Source of the DNA: an uncultured Acidimicrobiaceae bacterium
Lineage (GTDB): Bacteria > Actinomycetota > Acidimicrobiia > Spongiisociales > ZC4RG35
Direction of reading: 5' to 3'
NCBI GenBank assembly: GCA_964558575.1
Contig: CAZLEQ010000004.1
Location: 28,156-92,155, forward strand
Length of the DNA stretch: 64,000 nt
Shown one piece after another: positions 1-9,877 of the stretch. Position 1 is the first letter of the stretch. Each line of letters opens with the position of its first letter. The position numbers and the translations under genes are program-made. The notes beneath the pieces were generated by a model, which ran no database searches, had not been told where the DNA came from, and saw only the letters and a program-made list of their open reading frames with translations.

Positions 1-28
1 TCGAAGGGCCCGTGTCGACCTCTCCCGG

Positions 29-724
29 CTAGAAACGCACACCGGTGGCCTCACACAGGAATCGGGTATAGGGCGCCGCCGTCTCGAACCGCTTCAGCAA
101 CTCATCGGCGAATCCCGCCGAGGTGACCAACGTCTGGGGCACCCGGGTCGCAGCGGTGAAGCTCCTGAGTCGGAGATCCTCGGAGTAGGGATGACCTGGT
201 TCGCTGAGCTCCTTGGGAACCCGTCGCAGCCGTTGGTCCTCATCTCCATCGATGTTCCAGAAGTCGGTGAAGGGAGGGCCATGCGCCGCCTCATGCCACC
301 CCGACGGATCGTCGTGGATGGCCTGTCGGATCCGCCGCGCCACCGAGGCCTCGGGTCGCCACAGACCCGCCCCGGCGAACGACTTCCCCGGTTCGAGATG
401 GACGTAGAGCCCCGGGGCGTGGACGTCCTTCCCGGCTGCGTGCCTGAAAAAGATCCCCACATTCGTCTTGTAGGGGGCTGCTTTGGCGAAACGCATGTCT
501 CGATGAGGCCTCATCAGTGAGCCGCCGTTCACCCTGGTGTCGGCGGTCAGATGGGGCGAGATCCGCTCCAACTGCCCCCCCAAGTCGGCGATGAAGTCGA
601 GCGCCGGCTCACGGATGGTCGAGACGTAGCGGTCCTTGTTCCTCTCCCACCAGTCCCTGTCATTGTTGATGGCGAGCTCCCGGAGGAACGAGAAGACTGC
701 GGGGGTGAAGTACCGGGTTGCCAT
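29..724 (-). CDS. DUF2461/TIGR02453 family conserved protein
   Basis: ORF 29..928(-). Internal Met begins MATRYFTPAVFSFLRELAINNDRDWWERNKDRY, typical of DUF2461. Upstream 68 codons are Arg-rich and overlap the divergent promoter region, so the start was trimmed to codon 69. Confidence 0.65.
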   Translation of the reverse strand: MATRYFTPAVFSFLRELAINNDRDWWERNKDRYVSTIREPALDFIADLGGQLERISPHLTADTRVNGGSLMRPHRDMRFAKAAPYKTNVGIFFRHAAGKDVHAPGLYVHLEPGKSFAGAGLWRPEASVARRIRQAIHDDPSGWHEAAHGPPFTDFWNIDGDEDQRLRRVPKELSEPGHPYSEDLRLRSFTAATRVPQTLVTSAGFADELLKRFETAAPYTRFLCEATGVRF

Positions 725-846
725 CGGCGAATCCTTTCCGTGCCTCCCTCCAACATATGTCACGCGGATGGCCGATTTGAAGGGGTTGGCGGCAGCGGGC
801 GAAGAATTGCGCGTCCCAGCGATGGCCATATCATTGCGCGCAGTAA

Positions 847-1887
847 GTGATCCTCTTCCTCGCCGCTGCCGAATCCGGCACCACCAACTTCGCCCGCTTC
901 GACGTCCCTGCCTGGGCATGGATCGCACTGGTGTCCGCCATCACGATCATGCTGGTGGTCGATCTGCTCTTGGTGCACCGGACCCCTCACGAGATCAGCA
1001 TCAAGGAGGCGTCGATCGAGTCGGCGGTCTGGATCGGCATCGGGCTCGCCTTCACCGGGGTCATGTTCTGGTGGCAGGGATCCACCGCGTCGGGTGAGTA
1101 CCTGGCCGGGTATCTGATCGAGAAGAGCCTCTCGATCGACAACGTGTTCGTCTGGGCGGTGATCTTCTCCTACTTCGCCGTCCCCCGGAAATATCAGTTC
1201 AGGGTCCTGTTCTGGGGCATCTTCGGAGCCCTGGTGCTGCGGGCCATGTTCATCTTCGCCGGTGTCGCGCTGTTGGACCGGTTCGACTGGATCCTGTACG
1301 TGTTCGGCGCGTTCCTCCTGTTCACCGCGTGGCGCATCTACAGACACGATGAAGCCGAGGTCCATCCCGAGGACAACCCGATCCTGAGGTTCGTGCAGAG
1401 AGTGGTCCCCTCCACGCCGGAGCTCGACGGACAGAAGCTGTTCACCCGGAAGCACGGGCGACTCCTCGCCACACCCTTGTTCGCGGTGCTAATCCTGGTG
1501 GAGACCACCGACGTGGTGTTCGCGGTGGACTCGATCCCGGCAATACTCGCCGTGTCCCGGGAGCCATTCATCGTCTTCTCGTCGAACGCGTTCGCCATCC
1601 TCGGTCTGCGCGCCCTCTACTTCCTGCTCTCCGGGATGCAGGGCCGGTTCCGATACCTCAACGCCGGTCTGGGCGTGATCATGGCCTTCGTCGGGGTCAA
1701 GATGCTCTTGGCGGAGGTCTATCACATGCCCACCTGGCTCAGCCTCGGCGTGATAACGGTGGTGCTCTTCGTGACCATCTGGGCGTCGCTTCGCGCCGAG
1801 CGCCGGGAAGAGGAACAGACCGGTGGGGTGGCCCCGGATTCACCAGCCGGCGTTCCCGGTGACGAGCCCGAGACGGGTGAGCGATGA
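847..1887 (+). CDS. TerC family integral membrane protein
   Basis: 346 aa, multi-TM. IDNVFVWAVIF...AILGLRALYFLL motifs are typical of TerC/Alx. GTG start. Its stop overlaps the uspA ATG (ATGA). Confidence 0.8.
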   Translation: MILFLAAAESGTTNFARFDVPAWAWIALVSAITIMLVVDLLLVHRTPHEISIKEASIESAVWIGIGLAFTGVMFWWQGSTASGEYLAGYLIEKSLSIDNVFVWAVIFSYFAVPRKYQFRVLFWGIFGALVLRAMFIFAGVALLDRFDWILYVFGAFLLFTAWRIYRHDEAEVHPEDNPILRFVQRVVPSTPELDGQKLFTRKHGRLLATPLFAVLILVETTDVVFAVDSIPAILAVSREPFIVFSSNAFAILGLRALYFLLSGMQGRFRYLNAGLGVIMAFVGVKMLLAEVYHMPTWLSLGVITVVLFVTIWASLRAERREEEQTGGVAPDSPAGVPGDEPETGER

Positions 1888-2654
1888 GTCGCACGCTGGC
1901 TTTCGGAGACGACGGGTCCGACGGCGCCGCCCGCTGCTGGGAATGGATCGCCAGTCATGTCTGGGATGGTTGGGAGTTGGAGGTGGTGACCACCGAGCCG
2001 CCGGCGGACATGCACCCCGTTTCCCCCGAGGACGCAGAGCTCCAACCCTGGGAGCCGAATCAACTCCGCGACACCGCCGGCCTCGGTTTCGGCTCCGTCG
2101 AGTATCTCCGGGCCCAGATCGACCCCCGGGTAGCACTCATCGCCCGGGCTTGGGACCTGGTGGCGATCGGGTCGCGCGGATCTGGTGTGCTCAAGGCGCT
2201 CCATCTCGGGAGCACCGCCGACTGGTTGCTGCGTCAGCCCACCTCGCCGCTGCTGATCGCCCATCGGGGAGAGCCGGTGAGACGTGCCCTGGTGTGTGCC
2301 GACGGGTCTGACCACGCCCGACGGGCCATCGAGACGCTGGCCTCCCTCCCGCTGGTGGCCGGGCTGTCGGTGACGGTGTTGGCTGTCGACGACGGCCGGA
2401 TCGATGCCGGCGCAGCCGTCGAAACGGCCGGAGGTCTCCTCGCCGGCTCCCATGCGCAGATCGAGAACGTGACGCGCAAGGGAAGGCCCACCACGGTGAT
2501 CCTGGACCAGATCGCAGAGATGCAGCCTGACCTGGTGGTGATGGGGGCGCGCGGCCATGCCGGCCTGAAGCGGCTGGTCCTCGGTTCCTCCACCTCTGCG
2601 GTTGCGGGCTCTAGCGACGTGTCACTGCTGGTCGCTCACGCCGGGGTGGAGTGA
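1884..2654 (+). CDS. universal stress protein, tandem UspA domains
   Basis: 256 aa. Two Usp halves (LVAIGSRGSGVLKALHLGSTADWLL and LVVMGARGHAGLKRLVLGSSTSAVA). 4-nt ATGA overlap with terC. Confidence 0.8.
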   Translation: MSRTLAFGDDGSDGAARCWEWIASHVWDGWELEVVTTEPPADMHPVSPEDAELQPWEPNQLRDTAGLGFGSVEYLRAQIDPRVALIARAWDLVAIGSRGSGVLKALHLGSTADWLLRQPTSPLLIAHRGEPVRRALVCADGSDHARRAIETLASLPLVAGLSVTVLAVDDGRIDAGAAVETAGGLLAGSHAQIENVTRKGRPTTVILDQIAEMQPDLVVMGARGHAGLKRLVLGSSTSAVAGSSDVSLLVAHAGVE

Positions 2655-2670
2655 TCGCCCGGCCCGGAAA

Positions 2671-3837
2671 TCAATCGAGCACCCTCTTGCAGTTCCAGGC
2701 GTGCCAGTAGTGGTAGCCCAACTGCTGGTAGTGGTTCGCCAGCCATGCCGCGCTGGCAGTGTTGGCCTCCGGATCGAACGGACTGGCGTCCGGATAGCCG
2801 GCGGCAGGGGCGGTGGTGGCCCAGGTGGTGGGGAGAAACTGGAAGAGTCCCGCCGCCCCGGAGTAGGGGTTGACCGCGTTCGGGTCACCGTTCGACTCGC
2901 AGTTGATGATCTGGAGGGCCTCCTCGACACGGCTCGACGGGAAGAACTGCTGTACCAGCGACCGCCATTGCTCGACGGCCGGTGGATGGTTCCCGGACCC
3001 ACCACCTCCGGAGCTGGTGGTGGGTGGTGTCGACGTGGTCGTCGTGGTGGGATTCGATGGGCTCGTGCCGGGCGGGCTCGCCGCGGGTGGGGAGGTGGTG
3101 GTGGTGGAGACGTTGCGGTTCTCCTGACGCTGGCGCTCCTCTGCCTTGACCCTGGCCAATTCCACGGCGCTGAGCGTGGCCCGATACTCCCGATCCGCCT
3201 GGTCGGCGGTTCGAATGGCGGCGGCCACCTCGGCATCGGCCTGCTCGAAGAGGGAGGTGTAGTTGGCGACCTCGGCATCCACGGCCGCCTGCAGCTCTGC
3301 ATAGTGTTCCTGTTCGGTGAGGAAGGTCTCCTTGAGCGCCACCAGGTCCTTCCGCTTGGTCAACAGCTGGCTCACGCTGAGCCGTCCGTCGGCGACCACG
3401 TCCTCCACGACGGAGCTGGCCACCATCGCCCGTTCCACGGTTCCGCTGTTCACGAGAGAGACGCTGGGCGAGGCCACGACGGTCATGTACGCGTCCACTG
3501 CTTGAACCTCCAGGTCGGCCTGGATCCCGGCGAGTTCCACATCGGCGTAGCCGACTTGGGTCGCGATCCGGTCGACATCCGCCCCGACCTGGGACAGTTG
3601 GGCGGTCAGTTCGTTGAGCCGGGCGATGGAGTCGGCCAGCTGGCGTTCGATCTCCTCGCGATTCGCCACCGCCTCGTCGACCAGCCCGGACGCGGAGTTT
3701 GCTCTCTGTCGGGCCTCGTCGACCGCCTCCTCGGCATCGTCGGTGGATTGGGCGAGCGCGAGGCTGTGTCCCGTGGCCACGAGTGAGGCCAGGATGGAGA
3801 AAGCGAGAAGAGCCGTGAACTGGCGCAAGAACCGCAT
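2671..3837 (-). CDS. secreted coiled-coil protein with C-terminal transglycosylase-like (Rpf/SLT-like) domain
   Basis: ORF 2671..3951(-), trimmed to MRFLRQFTALLAFSILASLVATGHSLALA (signal peptide). Long heptad-like central region. C-terminus NCESNGDPNAVNPYSGAAGLFQFLPTTW resembles the transglycosylase-like domain of Rpf-type muralytic proteins. Confidence 0.7.
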   Translation of the reverse strand: MRFLRQFTALLAFSILASLVATGHSLALAQSTDDAEEAVDEARQRANSASGLVDEAVANREEIERQLADSIARLNELTAQLSQVGADVDRIATQVGYADVELAGIQADLEVQAVDAYMTVVASPSVSLVNSGTVERAMVASSVVEDVVADGRLSVSQLLTKRKDLVALKETFLTEQEHYAELQAAVDAEVANYTSLFEQADAEVAAAIRTADQADREYRATLSAVELARVKAEERQRQENRNVSTTTTSPPAASPPGTSPSNPTTTTTSTPPTTSSGGGGSGNHPPAVEQWRSLVQQFFPSSRVEEALQIINCESNGDPNAVNPYSGAAGLFQFLPTTWATTAPAAGYPDASPFDPEANTASAAWLANHYQQLGYHYWHAWNCKRVLD

Positions 3838-3955
3838 CGGGTACCAACGAGGGTAACCAAACGGGAACGGTGCGAGAAGTGGATGGGCCGTCTTGGGCTG
3901 TCCCCTGCAGTTGCCCGTCCCCTCGGGCAGGGCGTTTCCCATAGGCTGCACCCCT

Positions 3956-4339
3956 ATGTCGCGTCAGAGAGTCTCCTCAGGATCCCCGTATGAGCCCCGG
4001 TACGGCTTCTCACGAGCGATCCGGGTGGGTGATCGCGTCATCGTTGCCGGGACCGCCCCGATCTGGGCGGACGACTTCGTCGATCCCGATCCCAGAGCTC
4101 AGGCACGCCGCTGTCTCGAGATCATGCTCGCGGCTCTAGACGAGGCCGGGGGGAAGCCTTCCGATGTGGTCCGCACCCGCATGTTCATCACCGATGCGGG
4201 CCATGCCGACGTCATCGGAGAGGCTCATGGAGAGGTGTTCGGCGAAATAAGACCGGCAGCGACGATGGTTGTAGTCGGTGGGCTCAACGATCCGCGTTGG
4301 CATGTCGAGATGGAACTGGAAGCCGTGATAGGCGGTTGA
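3956..4339 (+). CDS. RidA/YjgF/L-PSP family protein
   Basis: 127 aa from internal Met. RVGDRVIVAGT...RTRMFITD...PAATMVVVGGL is characteristic of the RidA family. Confidence 0.75.
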   Translation: MSRQRVSSGSPYEPRYGFSRAIRVGDRVIVAGTAPIWADDFVDPDPRAQARRCLEIMLAALDEAGGKPSDVVRTRMFITDAGHADVIGEAHGEVFGEIRPAATMVVVGGLNDPRWHVEMELEAVIGG

Positions 4340-4354
4340 GCCGAGGAGGATGTG

Positions 4355-4993
4355 ATGTTTGGCAGGAAGTCGAGAGAGATGCCCGTCGCCGGTGAAGCGC
4401 TCTTCGGCCGGAGCGAGCCGGTGGAGGTGCCCGAGCAGCATTTCGTGAATGGCAATTCCCTGATGGGCCCGTTCCCGGACGACACCGAGTTCGCCGTGTT
4501 CGGGATGGGATGCTTCTGGGGAGCCGAGCGTCGTTTCTGGCAGCTTCCCGGTGTGTACACCACCTCCGCCGGATATGCGGGCGGTGCCACGCCTAACCCG
4601 ACCTACGAAGAGGTCTGCTCGGGGATGACCGGTCACGCCGAAGTCGTGATGGTGGTCTATCGGCCGACGGAGATCTCATACGACGAACTGCTCCGGGTGT
4701 TTTGGGAGACGCACGATCCCACCCAGGGCTATCGGCAGGGCAACGATATCGGCACCCAGTACCGGTCGGCGATCTACACCACCACCGACCGCCAGCTCGA
4801 CCGAGCCAAGAGGTCGAAGGACGTCTACCAGGCCGTGCTGTCCGAGCGAGGTTTCGGGGAGATCACCACCGAGATCGAGCCGCTTGCCGATTACTACTAC
4901 GCGGAGGACTATCACCAGCAGTACCTGGGCAAGAACCCCCACGGCTACGACTGCCATGCCAACACCGGCATCGCCTACCCTGGTCTCGGCTGA
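4355..4993 (+). CDS. msrA: peptide methionine sulfoxide reductase MsrA
   Basis: GMGCFWGAE active-site motif, [22 protein letters not shown] and YHQQYL motifs. GAGGAGGA Shine-Dalgarno 5-8 nt upstream of the ATG at 4355. Confidence 0.9.
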   Translation: MFGRKSREMPVAGEALFGRSEPVEVPEQHFVNGNSLMGPFPDDTEFAVFGMGCFWGAERRFWQLPGVYTTSAGYAGGATPNPTYEEVCSGMTGHAEVVMVVYRPTEISYDELLRVFWETHDPTQGYRQGNDIGTQYRSAIYTTTDRQLDRAKRSKDVYQAVLSERGFGEITTEIEPLADYYYAEDYHQQYLGKNPHGYDCHANTGIAYPGLG

Positions 4994-5009
4994 GACCCGA
5001 GGAGCCGAG

Positions 5010-5408
5010 ATGCACCACAAGGTCCTGTGGGCCCTTCAATGGCTCTTCGGCTTGTACTTCATCTCCATCGGCATCCTGCATCTGGTGGTGCCAGATGGCC
5101 TGCCGGAGCCGCTCGCCTGGATGTACGACCTGGGCGACACCGTCCACGTCATGGCCGGCGTGGCCGAAATCCTCGGCGGGTTAGGTCTCATCCTGCCGGC
5201 TTTGACCCGGACACTCCCCGTCCTGACGCCGATCGCGGCCGTCGGTCTCGGGGTGGTGATGATCGGGGCCGCGGTCTGGCATGCGCCACGCGGCGAGTTC
5301 CAGAGCATGGCGGTCAACCTGATCAACATGGCCGTGCTCGCCTATGTCGCCTACGGGCGCTGGCGTCTAGCGCCGATCAGGGCGAGGTCCGCCGACTCAG
5401 CCGGCTGA
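5010..5408 (+). CDS. DoxX family membrane protein
   Basis: 132 aa from MHHKVLWALQWLFGLYFISIGILHLVVPDG. 3-4 TM helices typical of DoxX. The upstream part of the ORF is Thr/Pro-rich read-through of the msrA 3' region. Confidence 0.65.
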   Translation: MHHKVLWALQWLFGLYFISIGILHLVVPDGLPEPLAWMYDLGDTVHVMAGVAEILGGLGLILPALTRTLPVLTPIAAVGLGVVMIGAAVWHAPRGEFQSMAVNLINMAVLAYVAYGRWRLAPIRARSADSAG

Positions 5409-6803
5409 CGTGACCGCTGACACCAGCTGTTCGACCGAGAGACCGTCCACTTCGAGCCTGATGTCGGGCTCGACACCGATGCCGCCGAAGTCCTGGCCGT
5501 TGGGAGTGAGCCAGCGAGCGATGGTGAGCTTGAGCGCACCTCCGTTGGAGAGGCTGAACCGCTGCTGGACCGTGTTCTTGCCGAAGGTGTTCTCACCGAC
5601 GATCACGGCACGTTCCGCCTCCTGCACGGCAGCGGCCACGACTTCAGACGCCGAGGCGCTGCCTGCGTTGACCACGATGTAGACGTTGATGTTCTCGGGC
5701 ACGATGGCGTTGCCGTTCACCGGGTACCTGGTGGACTCGTCCGGGCCCTCGGTGACCACGACGTCGCCGTCGTCGACGAACACCGAGGTGACCTCGATCG
5801 CCGTAGTGAGAAACCCTCCAGGGTTGTTCCTGAAGTCGATGACCAACTCGTCGACGCCGTCGGAGAGACGATCGACGATTGCTTGCTCGAAGAGTGAGCC
5901 GGCGTTGCCCGTGAAGTTGGCGAGGCTGATGTAGCCGACGGGGCCGATGGTCTCGGTGTCGATCGTCGGCACCTGGACGGAGGCGCGGGTGATGGTGACG
6001 TCGAACTCCTCGCCTTCCCTCTCCATGGTGAGGGCCACGTCGGTCCCTGCCCGGCCCCGCACCGCCGCGGTGACTTCGTCGACCGTCCACCCCAGAATCG
6101 AATCGCCGTCCACAGCGACGATGATGTCATCGGTCATCAGGCCGGCAGCCTCGGCAGGGGCGCCGGTGATAGTCGACACGATGCGAATCCGGCAGGTCTC
6201 GGAGACCACCCCACACTGCTTGTTGTCCCCGGGGATGGTGTCGTCTTCGGGTGAGACCAGGGCGCCGATGCCCTCGATCTGGCCGTCCTGGTCGTCCTGC
6301 AGCAGTGCCAGGGCCCGGGGGTCGAGATATGCCGAATTGGGGTCGAGACCGTACGTCACCATCCCGGTGACCATGGCTTCGGCCGCCTCGACACTGTCAT
6401 CGGCAGCTCGGGCTGCCACATCGCAAGTCGATTGAAAGGCCGGAACCGGTGTGGCGCAAACCAGCAGTTCGTCGGAGTCGGCCCCGTCGAGCATCTCGAG
6501 CCCGAGGACGGCCGCATCGGCGAGGTATTCCACGTCCACCTCGTCGACATAGTGCTCCAAGACGAGGTCGAAGGCCTCGCAGACGATGGCGACGTCCTCA
6601 TCGGCCTGGTCACATGCGACGAGAGCCAGCTCGCGGTCGAAGGTGACGGGGCCCGGGTCAGCGGTGCTGGTGGTGGTGGCGAGCGTGGTGGTGGTGGTCA
6701 CTGCCGCCGACGTGGTGGTGGATCCCTCCTCTCCGGTCGACGAGCAGGCGGCTGTGATCAACGCCACGGCGACCAGTGCAGAGAGGATCTTCTTGGATGT
6801 CAT
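5397..6803 (-). CDS. S41 family C-terminal processing peptidase, lipoprotein
   Basis: 468 aa. Lipobox LITAAC, Thr-rich linker, PDZ region (IVSTITGAPAEAAGLMTDDIIVAVDG), catalytic region IDFRNNPGGFL...VVNAGSASASEVVAAAV...TFGKNTVQ typical of Ctp/Prc S41. Confidence 0.8.
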   Translation of the reverse strand: MTSKKILSALVAVALITAACSSTGEEGSTTTSAAVTTTTTLATTTSTADPGPVTFDRELALVACDQADEDVAIVCEAFDLVLEHYVDEVDVEYLADAAVLGLEMLDGADSDELLVCATPVPAFQSTCDVAARAADDSVEAAEAMVTGMVTYGLDPNSAYLDPRALALLQDDQDGQIEGIGALVSPEDDTIPGDNKQCGVVSETCRIRIVSTITGAPAEAAGLMTDDIIVAVDGDSILGWTVDEVTAAVRGRAGTDVALTMEREGEEFDVTITRASVQVPTIDTETIGPVGYISLANFTGNAGSLFEQAIVDRLSDGVDELVIDFRNNPGGFLTTAIEVTSVFVDDGDVVVTEGPDESTRYPVNGNAIVPENINVYIVVNAGSASASEVVAAAVQEAERAVIVGENTFGKNTVQQRFSLSNGGALKLTIARWLTPNGQDFGGIGVEPDIRLEVDGLSVEQLVSAVTSAG

Positions 6804-8188
6804 GGGGTCGCTTCCAGCGCAAGCTCGACGATCTCCTCGACGGTGGCTCCCGAGGGCCAGCTGACCTCGATGTCTGGGGTCAGCCCGCCTTCTGCGACGG
6901 TGTCGCCCGACGGTGTCGACCAGCGGGCGACGGCCACATAGAACTCGCCGCCGTTGCGCAGGGTGAAGGTTATCTGCACCGCGTCTTTACCGAATGTGTC
7001 GCTGCCCACGACCACGGCGTTGCGCCTTTCCCTCAGCGCCCCGGCGAGTATCTCGGCGGCCGAGGCCGTTCCCTGGTTCACCAGGACGAGGAGACGCTGT
7101 GAGGTGGCGAGACCTCCCGCCGTGGCCGGGTAGTCATAGGGGCCGGACGGAGAGTCGCTGGACATGACGATCCCACCGTCGATGAACAGGTCGGCGACCG
7201 CGACGACCGCGTCGATATATCCCCCCGGGTTGTCACGGAGGTCGACGACGATGGTCCCCGGGCCCTCGGAGAGGATGTCTTCGATGCTGTCGGCGACGAG
7301 ACTCGGGACGTCGAGCTCGAAGTCGGGGATCCTGATGTAGCCGACCCCGCTGTGAGGCACGCCGAAATGGACCGTCGGTATAGTCAGCTCGCGGCGCTCG
7401 ATCGTGTGGGACGACTCCACCCCCTCTCGCTCGATGGTGATGTCGACCGGGCCCGACTCGTCGCCCGAGATGAGCGACACGACCTCGGTGAAACCCTTCC
7501 CCTCGACGCGCTCTCCATCGATCGCCGTGATGAGGTCGCCGGGCGCGAGGCCGGCGTTCGAGGCAGGGTTGTCCTCCAGGACCGTGACGATCTCCAGCGC
7601 ACAGACCGCGGTGATGCGGGTGCACTTCGATCCGGCGGCGTCCCGGGCATCGAGCAGGATGCCTATGCCTTCCACGATCCCGTTGAGGCGCACCGATCCG
7701 GCCTGGCTGGGTGGGAGGTAGTAGGTGAAAGGATCGAGCCCGAAGTCGATCATATGAGCCATGGCCGCTTCCACGGCAGGTCCCACAGGTAAGTGTTCCG
7801 AGTCGACTCGGGAGACCAATGCCTCGCACAAGGGCATGAAGGCCCGATGGGGGATGGCGCAGAAGAGAGTGCGTGGTGGATCCTCGATCTCGGTGGTGGT
7901 GAACCCCTCGAGACCTTCGATCGCCTCTCGGGCGAGCAGCTCGGCGTCCACCGGGGCATCCACGTACCAGTCCTCGAGCAACTCGAAGATCTCACAGAGC
8001 GGGCTGAAGGTCACCGGGGGCGAGTTGCATCCCCGGATCTCCATCTCGGTCGTCCCGGTGGTCGTGGCGACGGGTGGCGACGGAACGGTCTCCAGCGGAG
8101 GATTGGTCGTGGTGGTGACAGCCTCCATGCCCGCGCATGCCGGGACGAACATCAGGAGAACGACGAGAAGCCGGATCATTGACGCCAT
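6800..8188 (-). CDS. S41 family C-terminal processing peptidase, lipoprotein (paralog)
   Basis: ORF 6800..8695(-), trimmed to MASMIRLLVVLLMFVPACAG (signal/lipobox). VDLRDNPGGYI...LVNQGTASAAEILAGAL...TFGKDAVQ. 4-nt overlap (TCAT) with the downstream S41 gene. Confidence 0.75.
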   Translation of the reverse strand: MASMIRLLVVLLMFVPACAGMEAVTTTTNPPLETVPSPPVATTTGTTEMEIRGCNSPPVTFSPLCEIFELLEDWYVDAPVDAELLAREAIEGLEGFTTTEIEDPPRTLFCAIPHRAFMPLCEALVSRVDSEHLPVGPAVEAAMAHMIDFGLDPFTYYLPPSQAGSVRLNGIVEGIGILLDARDAAGSKCTRITAVCALEIVTVLEDNPASNAGLAPGDLITAIDGERVEGKGFTEVVSLISGDESGPVDITIEREGVESSHTIERRELTIPTVHFGVPHSGVGYIRIPDFELDVPSLVADSIEDILSEGPGTIVVDLRDNPGGYIDAVVAVADLFIDGGIVMSSDSPSGPYDYPATAGGLATSQRLLVLVNQGTASAAEILAGALRERRNAVVVGSDTFGKDAVQITFTLRNGGEFYVAVARWSTPSGDTVAEGGLTPDIEVSWPSGATVEEIVELALEATP

Positions 8189-8191
8189 TAT

Positions 8192-9286
8192 GTGGAACCG
8201 TCGCCAATTACCGTCCCAAACGTGAGTCTTCGAGTCGTCCTCAGGTCTCCCTCGGGGGAGAGCTTGGTGCGTGATGTCGTCGACGGATGCTGGGCCGAGG
8301 CTCGAGGAGATGCCGACACGACGCTGGGGGAGGATCTCTGGGCCCTTCCCGGGTTGGCCGATGCCCATGCCCACCTGGCCGCCGCGGAGCTCGACTATCA
8401 GCCCGGGGTGCTCGACGATGCCATGGAACGAGCCCGGGCCGCGCTTGGTGCGGGGGTCACCCTGGTGCTGGACAAGGGTTGGACCGACGATGTCACCATC
8501 CGACTGATCGACCAGCTGGATCCAGGAGATCGGCCCGAGATCGAGGCCGCGGCGGAGATCATCGCAAGCTTCGGCGGGTATTACCCCGGTTTCGCCCTCG
8601 AGGTCACCGAAGACCGGTTTGCCGCCACGGTGGCTGCCCAGGCCGCATCCGGGGCGGGATGGGTCAAGCTGATCGGCGACTGGCCCCGTCGCCACATCGG
8701 CCCGGTGGCCAACTTCGACGAGTCACAATTGCGCACCGCGGTCGAGATAGCCGAGTCGGCCGGAGCGCGGGTGGCGATCCACACCATGGCGCGCCAGGTT
8801 CCTTCTGCGGCGGTCGCGGCCGGTGTGCACTCCATCGAACACGGGATGTTCCTCGAAGAGGGCGATCTCGACGCCCTGGGGAGCCGGGGAGGCATGTGGG
8901 TGCCGACCGTGCTGCGCTGTGAGACGACGCTCGCCCAGCTAGGGGAGTCTTCCAGTGGCGGGAAACTCTTCGTCGAGGGCCTACAGCGGCTCCGGACGCT
9001 GCTGCCGCAGGCGCTCGAAGCCGGAGTTCGGGTCTTGGCGGGCACCGACCTGGTCGGTGCACCGGCGGATGTCGCCGCGGAGGCGATCCGGTTGGGTGAC
9101 TACGGGCTCTCCAACCGCCAGGTCGTCGAGGCAGTGTCGACCGCTGCTTTCATCGCCACCGATCGTCCGGCGGAGTTCGACGTCGGAGCACCCGCCGATG
9201 CGGTGCTCTTCGCCGCGAACCCAATCGACTCATTGGGAATTCTCAACCATCCGGCCCGGATCATCCGCCTGGGGAATCTGCGATGA
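8192..9286 (+). CDS. amidohydrolase family metal-dependent hydrolase
   Basis: 364 aa. PGLADAHAHL metal-binding HxH region, VAIHTMA and LAGTDLVG motifs of the amidohydrolase superfamily. Alternative GTG start at about 8222. ATGA overlap with maf. Confidence 0.65.
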   Translation: MEPSPITVPNVSLRVVLRSPSGESLVRDVVDGCWAEARGDADTTLGEDLWALPGLADAHAHLAAAELDYQPGVLDDAMERARAALGAGVTLVLDKGWTDDVTIRLIDQLDPGDRPEIEAAAEIIASFGGYYPGFALEVTEDRFAATVAAQAASGAGWVKLIGDWPRRHIGPVANFDESQLRTAVEIAESAGARVAIHTMARQVPSAAVAAGVHSIEHGMFLEEGDLDALGSRGGMWVPTVLRCETTLAQLGESSSGGKLFVEGLQRLRTLLPQALEAGVRVLAGTDLVGAPADVAAEAIRLGDYGLSNRQVVEAVSTAAFIATDRPAEFDVGAPADAVLFAANPIDSLGILNHPARIIRLGNLR

Positions 9287-9867
9287 GGCTGCTGCTCGCC
9301 TCGGGCTCGCCCCGGCGGGCGGCGTTGTTGACCCAGCTGGGCGTTCGATTCGACGTGGTGGCGCCGGACGTCGATGAGACCCGTCTGCCGGGCGAAGAGC
9401 CCGGGGTCTACGTGGAGCGCGTGGCCGGGGCGAAGGCGAGGGCGGTCGTCGTCGCCGATGCCGTGGTGGTGGCTGCCGACACCGCGGTGGTGCATGAGGG
9501 CCATGTCATGGGCAAGCCGGGGCATCCCCAGGAGGCGAGATCGATGCTGCAGCAGATCCAGGGCGATGTCCACGAGGTGGTGACGGGTCTGGCCGTGGCC
9601 GCAGCCGACGAGGTCCACGCGGTCGTCGACGCCACGATCGTGAGGATGCTTCCCATGACCGAGGATGAGATCGGTGAATACGTCGACACCGGCGAGCCCA
9701 TGGACAAGGCCGGTGCCTACGCCCTGCAGGGAAGGGGAGGCGTCTTCGTCGAGTCGGTGAACGGGAGCCCCTTCACCGTCGTCGGGCTGCCGATCCACCT
9801 CCTTCCCAGGTTGCTCGCCCGAGTCGGAGCCGACCTTCGCCGCTTCGATGCGGGCCGGCCGGTCTAA
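9283..9867 (+). CDS. maf: Maf family nucleoside triphosphate pyrophosphatase
   Basis: 194 aa. LLLASGSPRRAALLTQLG...VVAADTAVV...MDKAGAYALQGRGG is classic Maf/YhdE. Confidence 0.85.
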   Translation: MRLLLASGSPRRAALLTQLGVRFDVVAPDVDETRLPGEEPGVYVERVAGAKARAVVVADAVVVAADTAVVHEGHVMGKPGHPQEARSMLQQIQGDVHEVVTGLAVAAADEVHAVVDATIVRMLPMTEDEIGEYVDTGEPMDKAGAYALQGRGGVFVESVNGSPFTVVGLPIHLLPRLLARVGADLRRFDAGRPV

Positions 9868-9877
9868 CTTGTAGGCC

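Noticed and set aside
2602-3786. 394-aa plus-strand ORF
   Set aside because: It is antisense to the coiled-coil transglycosylase gene and its composition is Gly/Arg-rich junk.
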